Source: Bigelowiella natans CCMP2755
Taxonomy: Eukaryota; Protista; Cercozoa
Assembly (NCBI GenBank): GCA_000320545.1
Contig: ADNK01001148.1
Coordinates: 9,092 to 73,091, forward strand
Length of the DNA stretch: 64,000 bases
Reading direction: 5' to 3'
Positions 1-15,702 of the stretch are shown piece by piece. A program made the position numbers and the translations under genes. How positions within the stretch are numbered: the stretch's first letter is position 1; each line of letters begins with the position of its first letter. The notes below the pieces were generated by a model, which worked only from the letters and a program-made list of their open reading frames with translations, made no database searches and had not been told where the DNA came from.

Positions 1-939
1 AGAATTCCTTCTGCGGTCGCCAACGGGAATGGGCCCGAGGCGGCTGACCCCTCGCGGCCGAAAACCCGCGTTTGTCGGGATGATCCTCGTGGCGGCACTA
101 TGGTGCAGCTCGTGCTTCGATATGCGGAACAGCTCAAGGACCTCAGCGCAACAGCCCTCGAAGTCTTTGTTGAAGATGTACTCGATTCGGCGGCGACGAC
201 GTCGTTGCAGCCGCTTGAGCGGTGGGGCAAGCGAGCACATCTCGGATGGCCGCATCGATAAATGGGGCCGTGCTATCTGCAGCAGGCTGCAGGTAGTATA
301 TCATTTTATACGTGGTAGATTAGAATGCATTCTCTTCATGTCAAGCAACGGTAAAGAACCCCCTCCCCCCTGCCCGCCCTTCATGAATCAGAGCATCGTT
401 CTCCAGGGAAATATGTCGTCGAAGGTAGAGGGCGTCGGTTCAACACACCACCGACCATTAAAATTGGCGGTACAAATGCCTCCAGAGGTAAATGATTTCA
501 TCTCTTCCGCACGTGTCATTCGTTTGAGCTGTTCAATAACCATCTTCTACCTTTAGTAGTAACATATACATATATTGATACACCTAAATTTGTTACATAC
601 ATTTCATCATTTAAACCGGCCAATCTGACATTCTCTGGCAAGTTAACCCTTCTTGAAGAGCCGATTCTCTACGTATTTTCGATGTTTAGATGCTGAGTCA
701 GGCTGATAGAATCTCCGGCGTCCTGCGAGCACAATGGAGTGTGCTGTATCATCGACATCATGGCTCTAATCATCGATTTCAGGAGGCGTTGGAAGTATGT
801 GCCATTGTGTGTTTAATTGTACATTACAATGCGTTATGTAAATGAAGTCAAAGAAATCATAGTGTTGCGTGCTCTCTCTCTCTCCCCATCTTATCGCTTA
901 TCGCTTCAATGGTTCTCCCCTACTACCCGAAAGATCATC

Positions 940-1481
940 AGTTTATTCGACTTCGAGAACGGCGGCAGCTGCTGCCTGAACGACATGGCGATCGCCAAGA
1001 CGCAGCCAGATATCGTCCTTCATCTCGGCACTAGTAAGTGGTAGTAGTAGTAGTAGTAGTAGTAGTAATAGTAGTAGTACCGTGTTCAATTCGTGAAGTT
1101 GCAGATGTTTATTAATCCGTCCTTGTGCTACAAATATGGCCAGGTTGCCGCTCCGCATTTCCCCGTTTCAGCGGCTCGAGTATGAAGATCCCTGCTCTCC
1201 ATGATAGCGGGTGAGTAGTAGTGTTGCTGCTGGCTGCTGATGTGCTCTTTCACATGAGGAGGCTTTTGTAGTTGGCCGCTCATCGTTCGTATCGAGTTTG
1301 GATTATATATATATATATATATATATAATATACATATATACTCCCGTCGAAGATATTTTGCACTATTTTCTAGATTGGTGGCCTTTGATACAGAGCGGTT
1401 CGTTGCCAGTCTCATTCGCAGATTCAGAGTAATGATCCCCTCTGTGTGCGTTTTTGTGCTGCTTTTACAAAAGTGTCTGCC

Positions 1482-1521
<40 letters not shown>

Positions 1522-1581
1522 AATACATATTTATTTTTATATACGCGTGAAGTATAATTGGGTAGCTATTATGAGGGCATG

Positions 1582-1622
<41 letters not shown>

Positions 1623-3452
1623 CGCGCGGGCGTAACCAAGTATGTGGATGAAAGTAGAGGCGAGTCGTCAGAACGAAAAGCATATACAAACATAATTAGG
1701 CTTCTGTGCATTTAGATTTGAGGGAGACTGGAAATGTTATTAATTTGACTTGGCCACCACCTCTGTTTTCACACCACTTCCTTACTCATTCACCAGGAAG
1801 AAGAGGACTTTGAAAGAAATAGGCTATGCATTGTCTTAGCTGGTCCCTATCTCGGCTATAAGGTAGTCGCAGTGTTTGATAGCAATTACTAATATTTTTA
1901 TTATTGTTGCGGTTGTTGGTAGCATGAGTTATTATTCGCCTTTTCCCATGCTGCTGAGCTCTGACTGATTTTGATTCGGAAGAGAGAATTGCAATCATCC
2001 CATGATATCGATAACGCTCTACTTTTTATTTTTTTCTTCATCTTCTTCGTCTTCTTCGTCTTCATCATCTTCTTCTTCTTTCTCTTCTTTGGCTACTACT
2101 GCAACTCCTCCTATGCAAGCTGAAAAGCCCAATATTACACGATTTCTAAGCTCCCCCCCCCTATCGCTATGGATGAATACGCAGTGGAAACACGACGAAC
2201 AACGGCGATTCAAGATCATGCTGTTGTTTATGCAATTGGCCAAGCTCACATAAAATTCTTTTGAACATAATAAGGATGAGATACTGCGGCTATATGAGCT
2301 GGTTTCTGGAAAGCCAGGTTGGGTTTTCTTTGCATTTATGAGTTGCCCTCATCGTTATCATCATCATTATGACGCATGGCCATAGGCTGTCGTGTACACG
2401 CACGACGGTGTACTACTTTAGAGGATATTACTGTACAAGAGCGGAAGAGCGCGCGAATGAACAAATTTCGTCATTATCGATACCAAAAGCTTTTGCAATG
2501 CGTTTGAATTCTCCTCGCATTCAGGTTCTGCCGTGTGCAAAGATGTTACTTTTCTATGGAATCTGGCCTCGTCAGAAGGCGATTTTACTGATCGCGACAA
2601 CAGCTCCATCGTTTTTGTGGGGGATCTGCGCCCCGAATTCAGGCAATTCAAAAGCTATTATTATTACTTGATATAAAACGTAGCGCCCCTTTTGCTGCGC
2701 GGGTGCCGTCATGAAAGAGAGGTGGTGTGTGTGTGTGTGTGTGCAGATTGAGCGAGACGGAAGGAAACGATGAGTCCTATTACGCTTATCTTACCCGGCG
2801 ATTTTGGAGGTCAAAGGTAGCAAAAAATATTGCAGTAGGAAAGGAAGTATGTCCTGCGCATGTCCCGTTGCTGTGGCGTGCACACATCCTGCAACATCAA
2901 GTAACAGAATCTCAATACCTCCCCCCCCCCCCCCCCCCCCCCCCTCTTCCCGGCCTCCTCCTCTACGCTTCTAGATTTTCTTATACACAGATTCTGAAAA
3001 GGAAGAAAGAAATTCATCGGACGATGATGCGCAAAATCGCCTGCAATTACTTGCGATTGGCGCCAAAGAGGGGGAATTGTGCGATCCAAATGCGACTAGC
3101 AGCGTAATCAGGAAGGCAACGGAGAATATCGAATGGGGCCCAGCGACATCCTCCAGTCCAGATGCTAAAGAAGGTATTGGCAAGCACAACAATGCAATCC
3201 CTCGTTGCCTGAATCATAAGCTCATTGCAGATGAGAGCCGGAAAATGCAAGGATGCGACGATTATTGGCTCCATAGGAGGCTTAACAGTCATAGCAGCCA
3301 TCTCACAACAGTTAGTGATAGTAGCCGCAGTGCTACAGGTCATCATCCTCATCCGCAAGATCGACTTCGCAACTGGAAGGGAGAAGGCAAGATTGTCGAA
3401 ATCCCACAGCTGATTCGCAGACTTACGCTGCAACGAAGGTTGCTATGCACAT

Positions 3453-3483
<31 letters not shown>

Positions 3484-4540
3484 GCACCGTGTTTTTTTTT
3501 TTGAAGTACAGGTTTATTGTTATTGAAAATATCGATCGACTATCAGTATTGACCATGCCGTAGCAGATCAAAAAATCCATCTGCCATTTACCGACAACGT
3601 CTGAATTCGAATGATACGATTTTAGAATTGGTAGTGCATAGTGCATTTTATCACGAGATACTGTTTGAGCGACTTGACCGATAGATCTGTCGGCAATGCT
3701 GTTAAAAATGCACAAAGAGCGTTTCTTTCGGTACAGAACAAGTCATATTACGAATCAGGTTCACATGCATGGAGGCTGCGAGGGGCATGGATTGCGTTGG
3801 AATTCTATTAGTGGACACACAAATGTCTATCTCCTCCCCCGGTTTGGTACAATTGCTGAAAGTGCTCCGCGCACGTGGAATAAAGTACTATATCTTCGCG
3901 CTCTCAAGGTCTCTCTTGTTCGACGTGCGTATTTTGGCGGGAAGAGGGGGTGGCTGAGCATTATGCATCCTTCCGATGCGTTTTGTTGTCGGTGTCTTTG
4001 CGAGCATTATATTATCTTGTCTGATTCTGCTGTTTTTTGGTCGAATCAAGGTGCACTCCTTCTATGATTGGCAATTTTCTCTCCATAGAAGCATTTGTGC
4101 TCGTTGGCTGTCCTCTAAGAACAGGTTCGCACACACACACACACACACACACATGCACATACACACATGCACATACACACACAAATAAGACCGATCGATA
4201 GAACGTGCTCATGTGGTTGTCTGTCTGTCTGTGTATGTGTGTGTATGTCTGATCTTATCAATATTTCGATTTCTCTGCCATCTGATATCTCGACACGTAC
4301 ACAGCATGGCTTATCAGCAGACGTGAGTTCCATGCACCGTTTCTCTCCCCGTATGAAATGCTCATAGTATTGTCTTCGAGGCCGGGGTCGCAGGACGATG
4401 ACAGCGATGGGGCTTGTGGTGATGATACTAGGATGTCCAACGAAACCAATGCCACCCCAGAAGCGGCTGCAGATAACGAATGGCTTGTGCGGCGAGATAA
4501 ATGCTGGAACCTAGACGATGATGTGGACTCCTGGGGCCGA
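940..4540 (+). CDS. Possible multi-exon gene for a membrane protein, function unknown; boundaries uncertain
   Basis: Short open segments with AG/GT-like borders, e.g. GSAVCKDVTFLWNLASSEGDFTDRDNSSIVFVGICAPNS (~2525-2640), LSETEGNDESYYAYLTRRFWRSKVAKNIAVGKE (~2747-2846), hydrophobic TIIGSIGGLTVIAAISQQLVIVAAVLQ (~3257-3338) and RFVVGVFASIILSCLILLFFGR (~3979-4045). No family recognised. Confidence 0.3.
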
Positions 4541-5222
4541 TTCACTCATGCTTGCGCATTGTGAAGAACGTTCAATGTTCAATGTTGATTGGATCATCAA
4601 AAACGCAGTTTCCTCCATCGCTGCAAGATGACAGCAAATGCGTACCAGTTGTCAACAATGACACACAAGTGAGCATGTGGCTACATCATGCAGACATGTG
4701 CTTGCCTGGCCATGCGATGAAAGTGGGTTCGGCGTGCATGCCATGATTGCAAATCTGCCCTAAGAAGCGAAATGCTAAAATGCTGGCATCACAAGCGACA
4801 GCGCGCCAGAACTACATGTACCCCAAAGACATGCATTTTTTTACCAAACCAAAAACCTTGTCGCACATTGCCAAGCGCAGTCGTTTCATCAAACGTCAAA
4901 ATATGATGGATGATGTAAGCAATTTTTACCCCAAGTTTGTTGTCGCTTCCATCGAATGCCAATGGATTTCACATTACGAAGAAGTAGTCGTTCGGTAGTC
5001 ACATGCGTGCCCTCTTCCCTTGGTTTTTTTTCGAATGTTTTCTGTATTTTCTGATGAAAATCGCCTGCAATTTTATTTTTTCTACAGCAGATTCAGAATT
5101 CCGAAACCACGGCCCAGTCCCACAGCTCCATTCGATTAACACTCTTGAATCTTAGGTAGTCACAGCTGATTCATTGCTTCATCCCCCCCCTCCCCCCCTT
5201 ACCGATCGCATGCTAATGCAAG

Positions 5223-6080
5223 CTGTCGATGGGTTCTTATATCTCATTATTTCACAAGCAAGAGAGAAACAAGCACGGTTTGGAGTAGACCTTCACCTGG
5301 ATATATCGCCCGTATTGCTGCCCAAAAATGAGTGCCGAGGAGTCGTTGTTCCCCTTCCCCTCCGATCCGCGGCTTGAAGGACAGAAATGGACGGCATTTG
5401 CTTGTATATTTGCCGTCATCGCCACGCTTCAGTAAATAATATAGGAGGAGGATACGCATCGTATATTTCATCATCAACCCTAGTTTTCATTCTATCACTC
5501 TTCCAGCAACCTAATATCGTATAGCACGGCGTACGATTATTCTTTTCGCTGCAACACACTACAAATCCCATGAAGACACTCCTCATGCATCCAAACACCT
5601 CAGGTATTTCTTCATCCTCTACACGCTCTTTGCCTGTCCAAAGTGCGCTCTCTGGCGAGCCGTTTCAAGTATCATTCCTACACAACACAACTCTTCCAAT
5701 AGGAAAGGAGGCATTTAAATCCAACCACAGCGCCCTCGTGCCACAAAACCCGCATTCCAGTCGATTAAAACTGTATCTGATGACACCAAATAATGCACAC
5801 TCGCAGGCACTTGCATCCTTCTTGGAAGTCTGTCCCGAGCAATATTCTATATTGCAGTTCCATTTTACGCGCGGAAACTTTTGCCGGCAGCGGTAGTAGG
5901 CGTTCTCTACGGTGTTTCCTATCCCATGGTCAATGGAGCTGTCTCTGGCGTCGTCCTTGCTATGGCCGAACAGCTGCGAGATCTTCACGTGTTTCAGAAG
6001 AAAGTATATCTTCTAAATAGTAAAAGGGTTATAGATTATTCCGAAATATGATGCAACCATCCTACGCTAACAAACCATCA

Positions 6081-6126
<46 letters not shown>

Positions 6127-6131
6127 AACAC

Positions 6132-6165
<34 letters not shown>

Positions 6166-7371
6166 GTAGAAAGAGCACCATCGACACTCGTACACGGTTT
6201 GTCTATGTCCAAAGGAAAAGCTCGCGGAACAGCTCTCTGGCCTGCTGCCGACGCTTCGTGCATTCATTGCCGTGGCTGGAATACTCAATATTCTCCTGCA
6301 AGCTACTACAGATACTCTGCGTACACTAGGGAATGGTGGAAAGGGCCTTTTGGTCTCTCGGGTAAAGCGTTGAAGCAAATCAAATTTATTTACTTCTAAT
6401 GTTCCTGCCTTCTGCACCTGCTCATCATCGCTAGATCTACTATTTGGTGTACGGGGCATTTCTTCTCCTTGGCTTGTTCTCTCTCTTAGTGGAGGCATCC
6501 AGAGATTACTCTATGAAGAAGGTGACTACGTGAATGGAGGGGGGAAGACGTGTGCGTCGATCATCACGTGCGACAGACATTTCTCGGCCAAATTATCAAC
6601 AAAATGAAGGCCCTCTATAGTATCTCAGATCACAGTCAGTAATTATACGAAGAACGCTCTTACAAAACCAACATCAAAGACAATCCATCCAATTCAGCCG
6701 AGATCTGGTCGGAGGAAAAAAACCATCAATAATATGTTCCTCCTCCCCGCCAATATGAACCGTAGCGAGTTCTCCAACCTAATATATATATTGACGGTAT
6801 TTGTTTTGCATCTTTCCAGCACGCAATGCTGCTGTTTGATAAGCTTTGGCTCATCGCCTAATCCATGGTGACTTTTCTCCTAGATGAAAGGGACGCTGGA
6901 CGAAATGAGGCGCATTTCGCTGAGCATTGCCGTTCTCTACACGCTTTTACTCACTTACGAGTCGGTCTTTCTAGCTGCCTACGAGTACATATTCAAGGAC
7001 GGCGACGATGATTGGTACTTTGCAGCCTTACTCATCCAACAGGTGATACTGAATGCAAACTAGCTTTCCTCATCGTTCGTTGAGCATGGATGTGTGTCGC
7101 AGGTATTGTATTGCCTGCTGTTTCTCACTCTCTCGATCATTGTCTACCGCGCGGCGATACGTCACCGAAAGAAAAGGCAAGATGTCAAGAGGGACGATAT
7201 AAACGTCGTAGAGAACAAGGTCATTATCATCTACACCAAATGGAAAATGTGGATTTTACTGCACCCTGCCTATAATGCTGAGAGTGTCAGTCCTTCAATA
7301 ACCACTTGTTGCATCATTGAAAAGAGACTGCATCTATGCTAAACACAGTGATATGCAGAAAATAAACCACA

Positions 7372-7412
<41 letters not shown>

Positions 7413-7903
7413 TAGGCCCCCTTCTCCCGGCGGCTGAGGTCTATTCTCTACGGCTCTGAGAGGAAAAGACAACAGAAAGCGGCAACTACCAATAGGCTGT
7501 ACACATCGACCCATTCAATGCAGGTGAAGGTCTCTACACCGTGCATCTTCCACTTCACTCGCAGCCCCGCAGCGAGTGACAAAAAATCCAAACGAGTCCT
7601 TGATCAGGAAATAAGTGCAATAGTTGGGCACACACAGGCGAGATCGAATAAGCCATGCAGAACGTGTTTCTGCCCTCTCCTTCTTACCGACGCACTCTGA
7701 CTGGTCTATAACGATTAACCAAAAGGTCATTAAAGAAACCACGGAGTTGCCGTCAATGAAGGGCATCGATGGAGGGGATAGAGCCGAGTGGGGAAGAAGT
7801 TCTAGCCGCAACTTGTCCGCACAGCGCATCAGTCGCCGTGAGCGAGGCTCTCTGCCAGCAGCAATGCTTGAGGATTTGAAGGTCAATGAGAGTACCGACG
7901 ATA

Positions 7904-7938
<35 letters not shown>

Positions 7939-8342
7939 CATAAGACAAAGTGCATAGCAGACAAACTATTTTACGGGTATAGCACTCGAAACACGGCATT
8001 GGGGGATCGGTTCCGTTTTTATTAAAATTAAAAAAAAAAAGAGGGAAGAAAGGATGAAGCCCGTGCACATTTCATGATGATTTTATGGCGACACTTCTCC
8101 ATGCATCTTGACGGCAGCAAACTCCCCAAGAAATGGATATGTACGAGTGATAGAAGTGACTCGTGTCTTGCGCTTGAAACTCGAAACGAATAATACAGAA
8201 CATGGAGACAAAGCTGGAACTGCCGGATGAAAAGGGGCTGAAAAGGGCTTCGATAGCAGAGAGTGAGGTGCCGCGCCAAACCTCCATTTCGATACAAAAC
8301 ATCAACAACACGCTTGAACACTTTGGACCCTACTACGGGCAG
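5223..8342 (+). CDS. Probable multi-exon gene for a multi-pass membrane protein, unknown family; ends uncertain
   Basis: AG...GT-bounded exons translate to successive hydrophobic helices: YFFILYTLFACPKCALW, PFYARKLLPAAVVGVLYGVSYPMVNGAVSGVVLAMAEQL, LLPTLRAFIAVAGILNILLQ, IYYLVYGAFLLLGLFSLLVEA, RRISLSIAVLYTLLLTYESVFLAAYEY, WYFAALLIQQ/VLYCLLFLTLSIIVYRAAIRHRKKR, followed by hydrophilic tail exons at ~7725-7881 and ~8200-8342. Confidence 0.5.
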
Positions 8343-8589
8343 GTAATGGGAGACTTCCAACAAGTGTTTGTTTTCGCTATATTTATGCATAGTGAAAGAT
8401 AGAGCGGAAATAGCTGCTTCTCCCACGAGCAGTGTCCGTGCCATTCGAAGTGGGAGTGGGGGGGGGGGTGGCACTGAATTGATTTCCAAATACGCGATAG
8501 GAATGCCTTCGAATTAGAAGCAATTCCAATCTCACTTCTTCATTTGAATGTAGATGTTTTGCCAAGTCATGATGATGTTTGCATGCGCT

Positions 8590-8623
<34 letters not shown>

Positions 8624-10039
8624 TATGTGTACACTACACCTCACAGGGCCCTGACGGAGTGAATACGCTAAATCATCGACCAGCGCGGCAGAAAAGACAC
8701 GGTATTGGCAGCGATAGCAAGATAGTAAGATGTAGTAGTAGTAATCATTGCTTTAGAAGAGCTTATCAGCATATGCATTAGCAAAGATCACCATGCGGCT
8801 CCTAATATTAACCACGAATGGAGTTTATAGGTGCTGTAGAGTTTATGCGCGTATATTGTCTATGTTGTATGCCCTCTGATGTTATAGGCTCGATTCTCAA
8901 CCGAGATACAGATGTGCTCTTCTCCCCTGCAAGGAAAAAGCACTTAGCGGTGGGTAGTGTAGCGTACATGGAAAATAGGCAAAGGAAGCAAGGAAGGAAG
9001 CAGAGGTGTTAAGGGTGCATTGCAAAGTCTCCAAAATTTTAGACTTAGATGCAGGGAAGCTCGAGGACAGTATTTATACACGCACGTACATACACACACG
9101 CACTGCTACACTTAATTATGAATAAATTCGTATCTTACGAAATCCTCTTATTTCATATTACTACTCTTCCCTCCCTCCCCTCTTGTCCCTCTTCACCCCC
9201 CGCACCTTTCCCCCCCCTTCCCTTCTTTTCTCGTTTTTGCGCGCGCATATAATCATACGAACGTGGTATAAAGGTACCAGCAATATCGACGGGAAATTTG
9301 TCGGGTGCATCTTCGGACAGTTCTCAACAGAATATGCAACACGATGAAGATAATGGAACAGCAAGAATTAGAAGCATGAGTCCTGATTCTACGGCAGCGG
9401 ACTAATGACAGAAAATTAGCGCAGAAGTATCTAAATTGTATTAGTCATTCGAGTCAAACCCAAGTACGTGACTAGTTTATAGTACACTTTTCGCGAGTAT
9501 TGCATGGACGCACAACATCATGAATTGCAAAGGCTTAATTGCATAGAACAAACTAAATTCTACAAACTACTCGCTACACGACCAACGAAAACTCTGTAGG
9601 GCTGATCAGAACAGTGATAGTACCGGCTTTTGCTTCAAACATCTGTTGATAGCGCGGCGCGTGCTAGCGTGCCTTAGCGCCATGTGTAAAGCGCGAATTC
9701 GTAGTATGTGTGTGTCGTGGAAAACCGATCTTCGTGCAGAGCATTTATGTCTAGCTACTGGCGCATAGTTACGTGTGGGATAAGAACTCATCGTAATAAC
9801 ACACAAAAACAACGTTGAGACCACGAATTAATAGCAGTTTGTTGCGAACACTAAGACATGCTCCTTGTGCGCGAGCAAGCATGCTAGCATGGGCATATTG
9901 CAATGCGTGCAAGCAACCTTGCGCGACCATTATGTGATGCACACATCACGCTGCAAATGCAAACTTTACTGGGTGGGACTCGTGGTGTAATGAGAAACTA
10001 TTAACACTAGCTGCCACCGTTGCTGTCATTTTGCTGTAC

Positions 10040-10078
<39 letters not shown>

Positions 10079-10260
10079 AAGTCCTTGCCGTTACTACTAC
10101 CCTCCTTTACGTTGATAACCTGTTAATCATTTAGGCATGGACGAATAAGATATTGGATGGCTAATGCTATATAGAGTGCTTGTTCGCAAACGCACAGAGA
10201 TAGTGGAAATTTCATTACCCCTTACTTTCTGCCCCCCAAACCCCCCTCTTACAAATATCA

Positions 10261-10346
10261 CTACATGCTAGCATGTATGTGTGAGAGGGCAAAAAAAAGA
10301 AGATAAGTCAAACACGTTTTGAAATCGCAGGTCTGCGTCTATGTAC

Positions 10347-10378
<32 letters not shown>

Positions 10379-10379
10379 C

Positions 10380-10451
<72 letters not shown>

Positions 10452-11470
10452 CGCAACATAAACATGCATTTATATACCTGGTAAATCGGAATCCTCTCCT
10501 CATATTTCCGCGCATCACCGTATCTGCAGTTCGTTTCGAAAAAAGGAACACAAACACGAATACGCTCATCATGTATTATTTCTTCATGAATAGGGCATAT
10601 ACAGATCTTATTAACATGCGGTGGTGATGCCATAGAGCTTCACACGAGCGCCTTTAACTACATTGCAAACGTTGAAACACCCGCTTTCTCCCCCCCCCCC
10701 CCCGCCCCCGCCTCTCTCTAATGTCACCTACACGATTGTTTCATCGTGTTGCGACGCACGTGAGGAGAGGCATTTATATAATTATAGAGATACCTCACAA
10801 ACCAGATGGTGTACCCTATGGCCGATAACAGAACGAAGAAGACGCTGAGAAGACACACACACAACGCACATAATATCAGCCCCACGTCAAACACCGCAAA
10901 CCAAAGACACACGTCCGAATGGAAAATGCAGGGGGGAAACGGGCAGTGCCTCATTGAGTCTCTCGCAGACAATGGCAAGCTGCAAGAAATTCGTGGGAAA
11001 GAAATGCTAGTGATTCTTGGCTACGACGCGCAGCTCTGATGGCGATGTCGCAGGGCCAAGATCCTCGCGGCACATGCGATCGTATTTGGTAGTATGTTCG
11101 GGTTTGAGTGATGATTGTGCTGCGATCTCTCTCTGACGACTGCCGACCTTGCGTAGCAGAGGATGTAGAATTGATTTGGCCGATGAAATATCAGTCCTAG
11201 CTGCGAGATGCACGGTGGGTCGTATTAAGGAGAAAGGAAGATGAAGTAGCAATAACCGAGTTGGCTTTTTTTAGATAGACATTCCACGCTCGCGTACTAC
11301 TACTGCTACTACTACTACTACTACTACCATGTATATCACGACGGTGAAGAGATTTGTCAATGCCCTTTGCACACCCATGAATTGTCCTATTATTTCTTTC
11401 CCATCTATTCTTTCCGTTACGCGCTCCTTCGATGTGTATTAATAAAGACAGAAAACACACACACAGAGAG

Positions 11471-11508
<38 letters not shown>

Positions 11509-11611
11509 CAAACGACGATAATGAGCATGATATGTACCAGACAATCTCCTCTCCATTTTTACACAGAGGCACGCGCACGCATAAGACTTAGCATTATACC
11601 ACACGCACACA

Positions 11612-11646
<35 letters not shown>

Positions 11647-11731
11647 GGAGAGAGAGAGGGAGAGAGAGAAAGGTCTATTAATGAAGATGATATTGAAGCT
11701 CGTACGTGAAATACGCACACACACAAATATA

Positions 11732-11815
<84 letters not shown>

Positions 11816-12007
11816 CCGCTCCCCATTTGTATTTTAGATGGGTATGTTTGATGTTTTCCCTATTTGTGCGCGATTTCGTTTGTCCAACAACTACTACTAT
11901 TACTACCACTACTCCTACTATTTACTAAATGTTATTTCCTACCACTACAAGTTGATTCTCAGCCAAATCGAAGACCTGTTCACCAGTGCACATACATACA
12001 TACACAC

Positions 12008-12051
<44 letters not shown>

Positions 12052-12121
12052 GCAATCGATATAAATGACAAATATACTACACTCGAGTAAAGCTTTATCT
12101 CATTACCAATTTTGGATCATT

Positions 12122-12152
<31 letters not shown>

Positions 12153-12187
12153 CCCCCAGCATCATCATCACCCTCATCATTACCATT

Positions 12188-12218
<31 letters not shown>

Positions 12219-12438
12219 CCCATAGCCAAGTACGTCCTGTGACAACAAAGAACAGGATGAGATGTCCCGTCGCCATGGAGGGCAGTGTGAGCCAGTGATC
12301 CTCTCTGAGCAGGATGCAAATAGCGATGGGGGCTATGAAAGCAAACCTGAAGGTGATACCGCAGCGCGACAACAAACAAAATGGATTGATTATTTAAACC
12401 ACAGTGCTGCCTACTACACAAAAATGATACTCTTACTT

Positions 12439-12476
<38 letters not shown>

Positions 12477-12599
12477 GCCATCATCATTATCACCATCATC
12501 ATCATCATCATCATAGTCATACTCAATCATCTTAACATTTGCTCACCGCCCACAACTATTTTCATCTTCTACCGGTTTATTTTCACCGCAAATGCTACC

Positions 12600-12638
<39 letters not shown>

Positions 12639-13007
12639 CTGCTACTCATGATGATGAAGTCATCCAAACTACTACTATCTAAGTCTGATCTCTGTCTGAC
12701 CACATCCAAACAGAAAGCATTCCAATCTGCTCAAGACTCATGAAGTGCTCTCTTGTGGCCTGCTCATCGCACACAGGATGCAGCAAACCAAGGAATCGTT
12801 CCCACACGTAGAAAGCAACAAAATGAATATACACGCATAGAAGTATTCAGACTGGTCTTCTTCGGTCACTGTGGAGACTGACCGTTCGTCTGTGCATAAG
12901 CGGGAATAGATAAGTCCCCAACATGCCAAATATAGCACCCATCCCTGAGAAGCATTATCATGCAATAATCAAACAACGCACAATCTGCCCTTCACCGCCC
13001 CCCCCCT

Positions 13008-13059
<52 letters not shown>

Positions 13060-14176
13060 CTGTCTATAGGTGTGCTGTCATTCATTCATTCTCGCACTCT
13101 TTTTCCTTTTTCAAAAACAACAACTGGTCTCCGTTGCATGCATCGTCGTGAGCCTCCATGCTACCACCATCATAACGACAGTCAGTGCGCGACATGCAAG
13201 CATCTTACCAACGCTCATTCCTAGGAGGCCGTCCATAACGCCGATCCACTTGAGAAATGCAATCAGCAGCGAACCAGGAGAAAGCACTAAGAACAACAAC
13301 AACAACAACAAATGCCAAATACCCATCGCTCATATTTATCAATCGAGAGGAATCGCAGACTTGATTCAAAGGCTACGAGAAACATGAAATGAAGGGAGGA
13401 GGACAGACGTGTCAGATGGCTACTAGTGCTGCTTTCGGAAAGAGTTCTGGTCACTAGCCTACCCGTTGCATATAGCAAAGTGAAGGAAAAAGAGGCCAGA
13501 AACATCGGGTGCTTCACGTAGGTGTTCCACCCTAAGAAAAGGATGTGAGACGGTGATTTTACTCGTTTATTTGGACGAAGGAAATCAAAGCGAAATCGAT
13601 TGAATTCTTCTCTACCCTGCGTGGATATAGGCTGCTTATGCAATGCGTGTTGTGGTCAGCGTGTATGTTGTGTGGCCAATATGTTCTGCTTCTATCGTGG
13701 TATTGTAATATATGCAAAATAACACTTCAAGACTGACCATTGAATAGCTCAACAAAGGCATTCTTACTTGCGTGTTTCTTCGCACTTTCGCTGGGAAATG
13801 ATAAATCAATACAACACATACTTATAAATACATGTATACACGCACACGCACACACACACACCCACACACACACCCACACATGCATACATAATACTATTGT
13901 GTTAAATGATGTGTTGTGTGCGTTGGTCTGCATATGCACTCGACGAATGACAACCTACTGCACTTCGCAGACGCCAGCCTCGGAGTTGCCTGGTACACAA
14001 GAAGCACGCACACACACTCGGGCCTACACGTTACGACAATCAGAATAGTTTGAGAACGTCTCCATCCTAATAACATTGATGTCGTAAACACGCACACGCA
14101 CACACGCGCGCGCGCGCTCACGCTCACGCGCGCTATGTAGTATGCGTGTGTGGGTAAATATCGCGTGCGAGTAGAA

Positions 14177-14216
<40 letters not shown>

Positions 14217-14296
14217 AAAACTGTGAGGATGTTATATCCGATGACGATGCCGCAGCCCCATCGAATACGGGTCTGTGGACATAAAATGAGGACAGA

Positions 14297-14340
<44 letters not shown>

Positions 14341-14559
14341 TCTATGTAGTCGTAGCTGCGATGTTTTTTACAAGGCAGCACGAGTGTTGCGTGTGTTGTC
14401 GGTTGTAATCAAGAACATTCTTCTATCGGGCACAAAATACCTCACTGTCTCCTCCCAGAAACCTTTGCACGTTCGCATGGATCGGCACATAATTTGCGTA
14501 TTATATTTGTGATTTGTACGGTACATACTACAAACATATGTATATGCGTGTGTACTCAT

Positions 14560-14641
<82 letters not shown>

Positions 14642-15615
14642 AGAAAGCAAACAGAGAGAACGTCTATAAAACCCTATAACCCTCTACTAACACGGCATTA
14701 TTACTGGAGAAAAAGAGCAAATGCTGTAGGCCCAAGAAACTTGCAAGATAGGTCGATCATTCGAAGCCGTGAGCTCAACGTAGCAAGGGCGTGTGGCTCT
14801 TTTTCGGTCATGATTGGAACCCAGTCCTTCTCCAACGCAATTGTGCCTTTTTCCCAAAAAAAAAGGCGAGTTTTGCAAATGCCACGGCAGTAGTAGTAGT
14901 AGTAGTAGTAGTAGGAGTAGCAGCAGCAGCCTTCTTCCTCCTCCCTCTTCCGATCTACGCATGCTAAACCCGGCCCCATAATAATACCTACATTCACCAT
15001 GAGCTGGCCTGGAACGCAAACTGCCAAGATCCCATAGAACATCATCCTTTCATATAAAAATCAGTTTGTCGCAGACAAGAATTGCATCACCGACCTCTCA
15101 CGACGTCTCTGTTGGCGGGCATTAACACAGCCGGAGTAGTGATATAAGTGCTTTCTAGTTGAATGTATCGATTTTTTATGGAACTGCGATTCTACTAGCA
15201 AACTGACCAGAGGAGATCATCGTTGTCTTCGACATATGTAGTGCAATAGAGTAGGCCGCAAGACACGAATACAGCGACGTTATCTCCGAATATAGTCAGC
15301 ATCATCAGGCTCTGCGAACAAGAATACGCACGCACGGGCTCAGGCGGAATACGAAGAGTCATTTTATATTAATAGGATGATTCGGTGTGCGTGTGTATAT
15401 CTCTAGGCTGGGGCAGAAACCATCGATAAATTTGTCAGAAGTATTGATCAAATTTGGATTTGCCTGACGTTCTATCATCACCAATTAACAGTAATTCCAA
15501 TAAAGATATTCACACCAATCTTGGCGCCGTGTCAACGTATGATCCTGATAAAGATACAGGTTTTCGTCACTCATTTAGCAATGACTAGGCTATATACTTC
15601 ATATGCAATTCGAAT

Positions 15616-15655
<40 letters not shown>

Positions 15656-15662
15656 GTATATA

Positions 15663-15702
<40 letters not shown>

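Noticed and set aside
1-556. ORF 29-556 and an alternative frame ending at ~261
   Set aside because: The GC-rich start may be the tail of a gene or element outside the window, but no recognisable motif supports a call.
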